Shown here: piece by piece, positions 13,067 to 24,754 of the stretch
How positions within the stretch are numbered: position 1 is the first letter of the stretch
How the letters are laid out: every line of letters begins with the position of its first letter
Origin: TPA_inf: Saccharomyces
Taxonomy: Eukaryota
Direction of reading: 5' to 3'
Assembly: GCA_000146045.2 (NCBI GenBank)
Contig: BK006938.2
Location: 416,001 to 480,000, forward strand
DNA length: 64,000 bases
The notes under the pieces: generated by a model
The model's database searches: none
The model's input: only the letters and a program-made list of their open reading frames with translations
Told to the model about the DNA's origin: nothing
Translations under genes and position numbers: made by a program

Positions 13067-14926
13067 ATGCATAGCGATACTAACGGTCGAACAAAGAGCA
13101 ATAATAGCCCATCAGACAATAATCCAAATGAGACAGTTATATTAATAGATAGTGATAAGGAAGAAGACGCTTCTATTCGCGAGGCTAACCTTCCTGTGAG
13201 GTTGTACCCAGACAGACGGGTAGGGAGACGACGTGATGCTTTAAATAGGTTTGTGAGGTCAGATTCAAGGAGCAGGAATTCTCAACGGACTCACATAACA
13301 GCAAGCTCTGAGCGCCCTGATTTTCAAGCTAATAACGACGATATCACTATAATACGAGAAGTTGGACGGTTTTTTGGAGACGATGGACCTATTGATCCTT
13401 CTGCACATTACGTCGATCTTGATCAGGAGCCAGGTTCTGAAACGTTAGAAACTCCAAGAACAATACAAGTAGATAACACAAACGGGTACTTGAATGATAA
13501 TGGTAATAACAATGAAAGTGATGATGGCCTGACAATAGTTGAAGAGAGAACAACACGACCCAGAGTGACACTGAACCTGCCAGGCGGGGAGAGGCTTGAG
13601 GTAACTGCGACGACAACAGACATACCGATAAGAAGGTCATTTGAATTCCAAGAAGATCTAGGCGCATCACGCAGGCAGTTACTGAGAAGGAGTGCTACAA
13701 GAGCCCGTAATTTATTTGTGGACCGGTCTGATGAAAACGATGAAGATTGGACAGATGATACCCATAATTTACCAGAAGCTATTCAAAGGGCTCGTAGGGA
13801 GAGCCGTATGCGAATGAGCAGACGGATTGCAGAAAGACAACGTAGGGTACAACAGCAAAGGGTGTCCAGTGACGAAAATATAAGTACATCTATTAGGTTA
13901 CAATCAATCAGGGAACGAATACAATCATATACGCCTGATATTCGTAGTGCTTTTCATCGTGCAGAGTCACTGCATGAATTCAGGTCTATTTTACAAAATG
14001 TTGCTCCAATTACTTTGCAAGAATGTGAAGAAGAACTAATGGCACTCTTCACTGAGTTCAGAAATCAACTGCTGCAGAATTGGGCCATTGATAGGGTCAG
14101 AAATACTCAGGAAGAGGCCTTGAGACTTCACCGAGAAGCATTGGAAAGACAAGAAAGAACGGCAGGAAGAGTTTTCCATCGTGGCACATTACGTGAATCA
14201 ATCACAAACTATCTTAATTTCAATGGAGAGGATGGGTTCTTAAGTCGTTTGTGGAGTGGCCCAGCATTGAGCGATGCTGACGAGGAACGACACACTCAAA
14301 ATATCATTGATATGATCCAAGAGAGAGAAGAACGAGAGCGGGATGTGGTCATGAAGAATCTAATGAACAAAACCAGAGCCCAACAGGAAGAATTCGAAGC
14401 TAGGGCAGCCAGCCTACCCGAAGGTTATAGCGCGTCATTTGATACTACGCCAAAAATGAAATTAGACATTACGAAAAATGGTAAAGAAGAAACCATCATT
14501 GTGACAGATGACGATTTAGCAAAAACACTCGAGGATATTCCTGTTTGTTGCTTGTGTGGCGCAGAATTGGGGGTCGGAATACCGGATGATTTTACTGGAA
14601 TCAGTCAAAAGGATCGTGGTGTTTCATTTGAAGGGTTAGTGTCAAAATACAAATTCCACTGCCCCTACCAAACCCTAGCCAGACCATCAATGCTTGATAG
14701 AGATTTATCAAAACGAACGTTTATTGCATCGTGTGGTCATGCATTTTGTGGTAGGTGTTTCGCCAGGATTGACAATGCAAAAAAAAAATCTAAGATGCCC
14801 AAAAAGAAACTAGCTCAACTAAAGGGTTCGGCTCATCCGGATAATTATGGCCCCAAATTATGTCCCGCAGATTCTTGTAAGAAGCTTATTCGTTCAAGAG
14901 GCAGGTTGAAGGAGGTTTACTTCTAG
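13067..14926 (+). CDS. SLX5: SLX5 (HEX3) SUMO-targeted ubiquitin ligase subunit, 619 aa, C-terminal RING
   Basis: SIM-like patches near the N-terminus (VILIDSD, ITIIREV). C-terminal cysteine-rich RING (CCLCGAE...CGHAFCGRC...C). Length matches SLX5. Confidence 0.9.
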   Translation: MHSDTNGRTKSNNSPSDNNPNETVILIDSDKEEDASIREANLPVRLYPDRRVGRRRDALNRFVRSDSRSRNSQRTHITASSERPDFQANNDDITIIREVGRFFGDDGPIDPSAHYVDLDQEPGSETLETPRTIQVDNTNGYLNDNGNNNESDDGLTIVEERTTRPRVTLNLPGGERLEVTATTTDIPIRRSFEFQEDLGASRRQLLRRSATRARNLFVDRSDENDEDWTDDTHNLPEAIQRARRESRMRMSRRIAERQRRVQQQRVSSDENISTSIRLQSIRERIQSYTPDIRSAFHRAESLHEFRSILQNVAPITLQECEEELMALFTEFRNQLLQNWAIDRVRNTQEEALRLHREALERQERTAGRVFHRGTLRESITNYLNFNGEDGFLSRLWSGPALSDADEERHTQNIIDMIQEREERERDVVMKNLMNKTRAQQEEFEARAASLPEGYSASFDTTPKMKLDITKNGKEETIIVTDDDLAKTLEDIPVCCLCGAELGVGIPDDFTGISQKDRGVSFEGLVSKYKFHCPYQTLARPSMLDRDLSKRTFIASCGHAFCGRCFARIDNAKKKSKMPKKKLAQLKGSAHPDNYGPKLCPADSCKKLIRSRGRLKEVYF

Positions 14927-15107
14927 CACGCGGTTTAATTTTTATAAGGGCATTTTCGAACTTATCATCATTATATATTATCTACTTGCATGAACACTTT
15001 AATCACGCTTATTTAATTAAGATTAAAAGATCAGAGGTGCAATTGTGCTTTGTTTTATATAGTGGATTTGTGTGAAAGGGTTTGCTCCCACAAGATATGG
15101 AGATACT

Positions 15108-15517
15108 CTAAAACAGCATATCCAAAGTACAGCATAAACATAAACCCGCTAGACAGCCCGCTAGACAGTCTTCATTTCCAGAACTGGCCGGTTGTTGTTG
15201 GACATAAATGGGCTGCTGTGGGTGTTGTTGGTAATATTGGGGCTGCTGTTGCTGATAGTATTGAGGTTGTTGCTGATACTGCTGCTGCTGCTGTTGAGGT
15301 GGATAATAGTTCTGTTGGCTTTGCGATGGAGCGTAACCTCTAGACGCCGTTTCATATCCTGGTGGTGGAGCGCTAGGACGAGAATACTGAATCGAAAGTG
15401 ATGTAATGAAAATACAAGGGCTCGTTAGTACGATGTGATCTTCTAAAGGCAAAACTTGTAAAATTAACGTACGCTTTGTTTGGAGGCAGAGTTTCCGTAA
15501 TAATCTTGAGCTGACAT
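15108..15517 (-). CDS. YDL012C tail-anchored Q/Y/P-rich plasma-membrane protein, 107 aa, two exons (exon 1 15473..15517, exon 2 15108..15386)
   Basis: Exon 1 ATGTCAGCTCAAGATTATTACGGAAACTCTGCCTCCAAACAAAGC ([15 protein letters not shown]), then GTACGT. Spliced product is [15 protein letters not shown]|[11 protein letters not shown]...CCTLDMLF. Confidence 0.85.
15387..15472 (-). other. Spliceosomal intron of YDL012C (86 nt)
   Basis: 5' splice site GTACGT (rc of 15467..15472). Branchpoint TACTAAC (rc of about 15412..15418). 3' splice site TTCGATTCAG| (rc of 15387..15396). Confidence 0.8.
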
Positions 15518-16311
15518 GAGATGTGTATTTGCTTGGTTTATGGGCTATTGTATGGGTTTGTCTTAATATCCTTTTCGGTTGCGTAAATACTTTTTATATT
15601 TCAATATTTCACGATGCCGCTGATAGCATCGTTTAATACGAAAACTTCGAGCCATTTACCAAGAAATATTCTGGACTAGGTGGAAGGAAGCTTCGAGAAC
15701 TCACCGTGGCTATTCAAGGCTGATGGACATATGTACTGGGCTGAGCTTAAGATCTCCCATTACTGCTCCGTGGGGTTTTATGTGAAATGTGGCGTTTCAG
15801 CAGTTTTTAGTTGGCTAATTTCCTAAAAGTAGTAATTAGTTTCTTATGATGGATTTAATGGCGTAGTTCATCCGCGTTTAATTTAACTAGAGGATAATCT
15901 ACTTGCAGCATGAATGAAAATAGTAAGCCAGTAAGGATGCACTGACAGACTCAGCTACCGATTAGTGTTGTTGACTTTTCCGCAAGATCCTTTTCTCCCT
16001 CTTTGGACCTAGTCATCCCTCCACACAAGATTCGCTCTTAAGTAGTGGCGCAGGCTGTTCGCTTTTAAGCATAGTGCTTAATGTCGAAGGCTTTATAGAT
16101 CCCAAATACTACGCCTTGAGAAATTGAATGCACTAGCAGTTAGTTAACTTTCTGGAACGCGCATGACGCGTCCCGGGGCGCCTGAGGCGGAGCGTTCGCG
16201 AAATCGGGAAAACATTATACTGGGAAAGATCACTATCTATTCTCTAAATGAACTTTTAAGCAAATTATCGTAAGATAGAAAAGACGAAACCTTAGCAACC
16301 TAGCGGTTTAA

Positions 16312-17025
<714 letters not shown>

Positions 17026-17496
17026 AATTGTTACAAAAAGGAAAGAAGAAAAAATTAAGAATAAATATATAAATAAAGAGGTCGTGAATGATTAGGTCGT
17101 GAAATGCAGTGTAGTTGGAAAGGCGTAGTTTTCCTAGCACAAGGCGTTTCGGAGTTGGAATAAAGAAGCTATCACCAACGAAGAAGCTTTTTTGTCCAAG
17201 ACATCTCTTAAAAGGGTTGTGAAAACATAAAACGCTTAATGCCTTCATATATACATATATAAGTTTATGGTTTCGATGTTTACAATAACTTCTATCCTTT
17301 GCTGGTCCATGCACTTCACCTTGGTAAGTTATGCAACGCACTTTTGTCTACGCCTGCATTCGATATAAAGGGTAAGCTGCCGAGATAACTTTTGTATCTT
17401 CCGTGTCTGCAGATAAAAAAATAATGCATTCTTCAAAAACTTTGTACAATATCGGGAGAGTTTAACAAGCAAAGTGGCAATACAGATTATAAAAAT

Positions 17497-17994
17497 ATGA
17501 AAGTTAAAATAAACGAAGTGCACAGTGTGTTTGCTTGGTCATGGCACATCCCTAGCACATCTGATGAGGACGCAGCCAATAACGATCCAATTGGCAATGA
17601 TGAAGACGAGGATGTCTGTGGTATCTGTCGTGCCAGTTATAACGGTACCTGTCCAAGCTGTAAATTTCCAGGCGATCAATGCCCTTTAGTGATTGGGCTA
17701 TGTCATCATAACTTCCATGATCATTGTATATACCGTTGGCTTGATACACCAACCTCAAAAGGACTGTGTCCGATGTGTAGGCAAACTTTCCAGCTACAGA
17801 AGGGTCTAGCAATTAATGACGCTCATGTCCAAAAGTTCGTTGAAATAGTTTCAAGAAGAAGAGAAGAAATGATAGAGGAGGGCGTCGCAGAAGAGTTTGT
17901 GGACTTTGATGAACCAATAAGGCAAAACACCGATAACCCAATCGGTAGACAGCAAGTTGATACCATCCTGGACGAAGACTTTTTGTTACGATAA
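17497..17994 (+). CDS. APC11: APC11 RING-H2 catalytic subunit of the anaphase-promoting complex, 165 aa
   Basis: RING-H2 pattern CGICR...C..C...C..GLCHHNFHDHCIYRWL...CPMC. Confidence 0.9.
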   Translation: MKVKINEVHSVFAWSWHIPSTSDEDAANNDPIGNDEDEDVCGICRASYNGTCPSCKFPGDQCPLVIGLCHHNFHDHCIYRWLDTPTSKGLCPMCRQTFQLQKGLAINDAHVQKFVEIVSRRREEMIEEGVAEEFVDFDEPIRQNTDNPIGRQQVDTILDEDFLLR

Positions 17995-18263
17995 AAAAGA
18001 AACTTAGAAATCACAATTAGCTATATTTCCATACGGTTCTTTTCTTGTGAACGCTGTTAACATTCTGTATACTTAAATGAAAATTTAATATTGATTTTTT
18101 CTTGTTGCAGCTAAAGATAAAAAAATTTTCTTTTCCAATCGTTGAATAGATGTACTGTAGCCGGAACTGAAGTTAAGGTTGTTAGATTGAAAAAGAACAA
18201 CAGTGTACTAATCATGCTAACGATGACAGCGGTATCGTTGCATACTTAGAATACATAAAAATA

Positions 18264-18336
18264 TGCTTCCAATCGGATTTGAACCGATGATCTCCACATT
18301 ACTAGTGTGGCGCCTTACCAACTTGGCCATAGAAGC
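18264..18336 (-). tRNA. tRNA-Thr (anticodon AGU), 73 nt
   Basis: rc = GCTTCTATGGCCAAGTTGGTAAGGCGCCACACTAGTAATGTGGAGATCATCGGTTCAAATCCGATTGGAAGCA. It folds as a cloverleaf with anticodon loop CTAGTAA and GTTCAAATC T-loop (B box). Confidence 0.9.
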
Positions 18337-18449
18337 TTCTGATTTGTGTTCATTTGATTGTAAGTTAGAGTATTTCAAGCTCTAACTCAATTATGTGAAC
18401 TTTCATAAAATTGTGTTATTTTTGAGAAATATGTGAGTTGTTAGATAAT

Positions 18450-18739
18450 TGTTGGGATTCCATTGTTGCTAAAGGCTATAATATTGGTATACAGAATATA
18501 CTAGAAGTTCTCCTCGAGGATATAGGAATCCACAAAAGGGAATCGATAGTTCTACATAATGTTATTATTTTATCTTCTTTCCTTTTATGCGTTGTCATTC
18601 ATTATCCTATTACATTATCAATCCTTGCATTTCAGCTTCCATTAGATCGGATGACTGTTTCTCAATCTTTATGTCATCTTCTTACACCGCATGTGATAAT
18701 ATAATATTAAATAGATGATATTAGAGTTCAATTCCAACA
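18450..18739 (-). mobile_element. Solo Ty1/Ty2 delta LTR (about 290 bp), minus orientation, 114 bp upstream of tRNA-Thr
   Basis: Begins TGTTGGGATTCCATTGTTG...CTCGAGGATATAGGAATCC (rc of the delta 3' end) and ends ...ATTCCAACA (rc of TGTTGGAAT), with TG...CA termini. Recognised from memory of the delta sequence. Confidence 0.8.
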
Positions 18740-18789
18740 ATTTTCATTCTAGATAGCGGGAATATTACTGGGTATTCAGTATATCACAA

Positions 18790-19078
18790 CGTCTCTTACA
18801 AGATAGAGGATACTACAAGAGGGAAGCAAGAATCATACATGGTAATGTTGTTTTTTCTTCCCCACATTTTTTGTTATCATTCGTTATTTATTATATTTTC
18901 AATGCTTGCATTTGCAGCTTCCATCTCATCTGATGACTGTTTCTCAATTCTTATAGTGTGTTATCATGTACGGTATTAGATGATGACATAAGGTTATGAG
19001 AAATTGTCGTCGAAGTTAAAGGAAGCTGTATTCTGTATACATAATACTATAGAATTTACAAACAGTGGAATTGCAACA
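18790..19078. mobile_element. Rearranged delta LTR remnants: a 5'-truncated minus-oriented fragment (about 18790..18955) joined head-to-head to a plus-oriented 3' delta fragment ending ...GGAATTGCAACA at 19078
   Basis: Both halves align to delta. The central segment (CAGCTTCC...GATGAC and its inverted copy) forms an imperfect palindrome around 18950. Confidence 0.65.
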
Positions 19079-20566
19079 ATTATCAAATTATTCACCTAAT
19101 AATCACCTTTAACATTCAGGGAGGTTTATTTTTGCTTCCGAAATTTTTACAGTCTACAGGGAAGAAATAAATATTTAGTTGAGAAAGTTTTGTTTATTTG
19201 TAAGTTATTAATTTGAAAAATAAATACCATAACTAGCGCAAAGCTTATAAAAGAGATGTTTGTTGAAAAATGCAGAAACCCCATATATAAAACCATGAAA
19301 TGTCACAATGGACATGATGTACATTCTTGGAGATAACATCATATTCGAAATATTCAATATGCCCAATTGGTACCTGTTCTCCATACCCCATTATATGATA
19401 CAAATGATCTGCCCCTATTCTAACACTGTGCTAGCAACATAGCAATTATACTAAATTTTTTCAGTCACTATGCAATACATGTAATCTCTCAACTACCAAG
19501 CAGTCATTATTCTATTAATATATATTTGTGCTTGGAAGTATTGTTTCACTTCTCAGAGGCCTTTCTTGACATGTTATAGTTTTTTAGGTACCTTCTAATC
19601 CTGTAAATTTATACAAAAATTGGTATATAATGGCTACCTCCGGAAATTTTAACAACTTTTGGGTCACACTATTACTGTGTATACTTCCTTTAGAGATCTC
19701 AAGCATTACTGAAAGATAACCTGAGGAAAAACATAGCGCGTCTACGGATGTGTAATACTCGCTGGATTTCCTGGTAAAAACTACTGTACATTTATCAGCT
19801 GCCTCTGCCAATGCTATTGAGAACCGTAGGTTCATTAGAATTACTTCATTCAACGGAAAACGTCACTATACCTGCCGCTTGTGTGTCGCGTCAGTAACGC
19901 CTTGACAGAAAAAGAAAGAAAAGAATATGACCGACCGATCGATGTATTATTATTATTGAACTGATTATAAAAAATTGGAACGTCGTAGAATCAGAAATCA
20001 TAAGACAATGGCCAACTATGCCAAATCACACATCAATATTTAACCGAGATAGCAAAAGAAAATAAATTTCGATTATTTTTAAAATGTAACTGACAGTTTT
20101 TGGCACTTGTGGACTTCCTCTTTCCGGCAGATAGCAAAACCAACGGTAGAATGGCCCCGAAATTTAAATTTTATTTCATTGTGTGCTTGAGCGTGGCCTT
20201 TTTTTTTTTTTTTTTACATATCACAAACAATTCACACATTACCACACATACCATAAGCTAACGTATGCGGTGCAAAGTTCACTATTAGGCGCTTAAAGGC
20301 TTGGAACGAAATGACTTCTGGCTTTTGTTTCCTATACACATTCTTAGCAAAACTTTTGGTGTTGTAACAAGCAATGAGATAGAGAAAGAAATATATCCAT
20401 CAATGGAAGAAATAGGCAGACGTCGGTAATTTTATTCTATTGAAAATATGCAAAAGTGACAGTATAAATTGAAGTAACTAATTTTACATCTAGTAAGCTG
20501 CTGTTGAAGAATTGAATAGTATCGCAGTATTTATTTTGTATACCCTTAGAATACACATACTTGGTG

Positions 20567-20827
20567 TTAGAAGCCATCTAATACACTATATAACTCGGGG
20601 ATTAAATCATCTTGGAAGAGCGAATCTAGTTCAGGATCGCCTGTCGTAAAGTTCGAGGATAAGGACATCGAATTTAGTAGTAGTCCTAATGACTCGATGT
20701 TATTGTCTAAAATTTGTTCAATTTCTTTTCCTGATTTATCATCGTCTTCTTGAATAGGTAAACAGTAATATTTACCAAAGTTCAGGAGGGTTAGGATGGT
20801 GTGAAAAATTATAGGAAGGAACATCAA
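20567..20827 (-). CDS. Small acidic hypothetical protein (86 aa), possibly the annotated small ORF YDL007C-A
   Basis: This is the only ORF of reasonable size in the 2.4-kb gap between the delta cluster and tRNA-Ser. N-terminal hydrophobic segment and acidic C-terminus. Identity not verified. Confidence 0.3.
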   Translation of the reverse strand: MMFLPIIFHTILTLLNFGKYYCLPIQEDDDKSGKEIEQILDNNIESLGLLLNSMSLSSNFTTGDPELDSLFQDDLIPELYSVLDGF

Positions 20828-21527
20828 GAAAGTGCTTGAAATATTTTTCTTGGATTATGGAAGTATCAAGAACGATATTATTTCAATAATGTGATGGTTT
20901 ATATCTTTGCATACAATAGATTTTGTGATACTTTTTTTATGTAATGGTCCCGTAACCCCGTCGCTCTTTCCCTTTTAATTTTGCCCGATCCACTTTCTAT
21001 GCCGGTAGTTTAGCCGCCAAGTGCTATTTTCAAACGAATCAATAGTAGCGGCTGCAACTTTGAAAAAGAAAGAAACAAAATTATGCGCTAGTTTTCCATT
21101 TCTTGTATTCTTTTTTCTTTTGCGGTGGTAATTACGGGAATTTAGTGATGTTGGAACGAGAGTAATTAATAGTGACATGAGTTGCTATGGTAACAATCTA
21201 ATGCTTACACCGTATATTAATGTACACCTCGTATACGTTTAAGTGTGATTGCACCTATTGCAGAAGGAATGTTAAACGAGAAGCTCAGACAATACTGAAG
21301 CTGTGCTAAAGATCTATTAATTGAACATGATATGGTAGGTACATATATGAGGAATATGAGTCGTCACATCAATGTATAGTAACTACCGGAATCACTATTA
21401 TATTGGTCATGATTAATATGACCAATCGGCGTGTGTTTTATATACCTCTCTTATTTAGTATAAGAAGATCAATACTTATTTCTTCATTAATACTATTTTT
21501 TACCTCTAACTATCAACAAGTGATAAT

Positions 21528-21699
21528 TGTTGGAATTCCATTGTTAATAAAGGCAATAATATTATGTATACAGAATACAGCTTCCTCTAACTTCTATGAC
21601 AGTTTCTCATACCTTATGTCATCATCTAACATTGTACATTATAATATACTCGTAGTAAGACTACTAGTTGAGAGAGAATAGTTGATTTTTATTCTAACA
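21528..21699 (-). mobile_element. Internally deleted solo delta LTR (about 172 bp), 72 bp upstream of tRNA-Ser
   Basis: Starts TGTTGGAATTCCATTGTTAATAAAGGCAATAATATTATGTATACAGAATA and ends GTTGATTTTTATTCTAACA, matching both delta termini in minus orientation. Confidence 0.7.
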
Positions 21700-21771
21700 A
21701 ATAATATTCCAGCAGGTTTACATATTCCTAGGTTTGGGATATATCTTAAGTCAATAATTCATCATTAGTAA

Positions 21772-21853
21772 GGCAACTTGGCCGAGTGGTTAAGGCGAAA
21801 GATTAGAAATCTTTTGGGCTTTGCCCGCGCAGGTTCGAGTCCTGCAGTTGTCG
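21772..21853 (+). tRNA. tRNA-Ser (anticodon AGA), 82 nt with long variable arm
   Basis: GGCAACTTGGCCGAGTGGTTAAGGCGAAAGATTAGAAATCTTTTGGGCTTTGCCCGCGCAGGTTCGAGTCCTGCAGTTGTCG. A box TGGCCGAGTGG, B box GGTTCGAGTCC, then a poly-T terminator (TCATTTTTAT) just downstream. Confidence 0.9.
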
Positions 21854-22046
21854 TCATTTTTATATTCCCAATATTTTTATCACTCCGGGTAACGAGTTAT
21901 TAACGGTTTTTCTCCGGTGGCAAATGTCTCTTTTCTTTTACCTAAAAGAAGGTTAATGTGAATATTAGTGAATATGATGCGTATCAGTGTCAAGCTTACA
22001 GTCAATTCAAGTTAAAGAAGAGACAGCGTTTTTAATAGAAAATAAA

Positions 22047-23360
22047 ATGGGACAAGGTGTATCATCTGGACAAGACAAAAAGAAGAAGAAGGGATCTAAT
22101 CAGAAACCCAAATATGAACCTCCCGTTCAATCTAAATTTGGTCGTAAGAAAAGAAAGGGAGGTCCAGCTACTGCTGAAAAATTACCCAACATATATCCAA
22201 GTACTCGTTGTAAGTTAAAGCTTCTAAGGATGGAACGAATTAAAGACCATTTGTTATTAGAAGAAGAATTTGTCTCTAACTCTGAAATTTTAAAACCCTT
22301 TGAAAAGAAGCAGGAGGAGGAAAAGAAACAATTGGAAGAAATACGTGGAAATCCATTGAGCATTGGGACCCTTGAAGAAATTATAGACGATGATCATGCG
22401 ATAGTGACAAGTCCAACTATGCCTGATTATTATGTATCTATCTTATCCTTTGTCGATAAAGAGTTACTAGAGCCTGGATGTTCTGTGTTATTGCATCATA
22501 AAACCATGTCCATCGTAGGTGTTTTACAGGATGACGCCGATCCAATGGTTTCGGTCATGAAAATGGATAAGTCGCCAACAGAATCATACAGTGATATTGG
22601 TGGCTTAGAATCTCAAATTCAAGAAATAAAAGAGTCTGTAGAGTTACCGTTAACACACCCCGAACTGTATGAAGAGATGGGTATCAAACCTCCCAAGGGT
22701 GTGATTCTTTATGGTGCACCCGGTACAGGTAAGACATTGCTAGCAAAGGCTGTTGCAAATCAAACATCTGCCACATTCTTAAGGATTGTTGGCTCAGAGT
22801 TAATTCAAAAATATTTGGGGGATGGTCCTAGGTTGTGTAGGCAAATTTTCAAAGTAGCGGGTGAGAATGCACCAAGTATTGTATTTATTGATGAAATAGA
22901 CGCCATTGGTACTAAAAGATATGACTCCAATAGTGGTGGTGAGAGAGAAATTCAGAGAACCATGCTGGAATTGCTGAACCAGCTGGACGGGTTCGACGAC
23001 AGAGGGGATGTGAAGGTGATTATGGCCACTAACAAAATCGAGACTCTTGACCCAGCATTAATCAGGCCTGGGAGAATTGATCGTAAAATCTTATTTGAAA
23101 ACCCTGATCTAAGTACTAAGAAAAAAATTTTAGGGATTCACACTTCCAAGATGAATTTAAGTGAGGACGTTAATCTTGAAACTTTAGTAACAACAAAGGA
23201 TGATTTGTCAGGCGCCGATATCCAGGCAATGTGTACAGAAGCAGGTTTGTTAGCCCTTAGAGAGAGAAGAATGCAAGTTACAGCGGAGGATTTTAAACAA
23301 GCCAAGGAGAGAGTCATGAAAAATAAAGTTGAGGAAAATTTAGAAGGTTTATACTTGTGA
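22047..23360 (+). CDS. RPT2: RPT2 26S proteasome regulatory-particle AAA-ATPase, 437 aa
   Basis: The true start is the ATG at 22047 ([17 protein letters not shown]-myristoylation glycine). The track ORF begins 60 nt upstream. Walker A GAPGTGKT, Walker B IVFIDEID. Confidence 0.95.
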
Positions 23361-23908
23361 TGTGCCCATTTACATTTTTCTATAATAGATTTACGTATAT
23401 AAGTAATGCTTCAACAAAGCTTAATATGTGTACATTTTGTATCACGTGCAATATTTGTTTCAAAAACTTAATATAGGTAGGGCGTCGGGGCCTTCGCGAA
23501 TTCTAACTGCAAAGGAAAACTGGTGAACACATCTGAGAGGGTTTGTTGTCCTAATTTTATAGGAAACTAAAACTCAAAAGACAAAGTATACCTTTGCAAA
23601 TTGAAAGCTTAGTTAAACATTATTATTCGTGTGTTTGAGGTCACTTTTTTTCGTCTTAAACAGCTCTCAAAGTTGTCTCAAAATTTTTATCCGGATTCCT
23701 TTACATTAACAGACCCCAAACACAACAAGTTTTGATAGTTTAAGTAAGTGAACGCTTATTTTTGTTGTCGTTGAAAAGAAAATAAATAGGCAGTATTATC
23801 AATTAGGAGGTGAGTTAAATTCCATTCTATACCGAGTATACGAGATTTTGCACATTCTTACTTCATATATCATTTAGGCACTGCATTTATCTTTTAAAAA
23901 TCATTATA

Positions 23909-24754
23909 ATGAGTAATCATTCTGAAATCTTAGAAAGGCCAGAAACACCATATGACATAACTTATAGAGTAGGTGTGGCGGAAAATAAAAACTCGAAATT
24001 TCGGAGGACAATGGAAGATGTTCATACGTATGTTAAAAACTTTGCTTCAAGATTAGATTGGGGATATTTCGCGGTGTTTGATGGACATGCTGGGATTCAG
24101 GCCTCCAAATGGTGTGGTAAACATCTTCATACAATTATAGAGCAAAACATTTTGGCAGATGAAACACGAGATGTTAGAGATGTATTGAACGATTCATTCC
24201 TAGCCATTGACGAAGAAATTAATACAAAACTTGTAGGAAATAGTGGATGTACTGCTGCTGTTTGCGTATTACGTTGGGAGCTTCCGGATTCAGTTTCTGA
24301 TGATTCAATGGATTTAGCCCAACACCAAAGAAAGTTATATACAGCAAATGTTGGTGATTCTCGAATAGTATTGTTTAGAAACGGGAACAGCATAAGACTG
24401 ACTTATGATCATAAGGCATCTGACACTTTGGAGATGCAGAGAGTTGAACAAGCAGGTGGCCTGATAATGAAAAGTCGTGTAAATGGTATGCTGGCAGTGA
24501 CGAGATCGTTAGGGGATAAATTTTTTGATAGTTTAGTAGTGGGCAGCCCATTTACCACGAGCGTAGAAATAACTTCTGAGGACAAATTTTTAATCCTAGC
24601 GTGTGATGGATTATGGGATGTTATTGATGATCAAGATGCATGCGAATTAATCAAGGATATTACTGAACCTAATGAAGCTGCAAAAGTCTTGGTTAGATAT
24701 GCTTTGGAAAATGGCACAACAGATAATGTAACGGTCATGGTTGTCTTCCTCTAA
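23909..24754 (+). CDS. PTC1: PTC1 type 2C protein phosphatase, 281 aa
   Basis: PP2C motifs (FAVFDGHAG, ANVGDSR, LACDGLWDV, NGTTDNVTVMVV). Confidence 0.95.
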   Translation: MSNHSEILERPETPYDITYRVGVAENKNSKFRRTMEDVHTYVKNFASRLDWGYFAVFDGHAGIQASKWCGKHLHTIIEQNILADETRDVRDVLNDSFLAIDEEINTKLVGNSGCTAAVCVLRWELPDSVSDDSMDLAQHQRKLYTANVGDSRIVLFRNGNSIRLTYDHKASDTLEMQRVEQAGGLIMKSRVNGMLAVTRSLGDKFFDSLVVGSPFTTSVEITSEDKFLILACDGLWDVIDDQDACELIKDITEPNEAAKVLVRYALENGTTDNVTVMVVFL

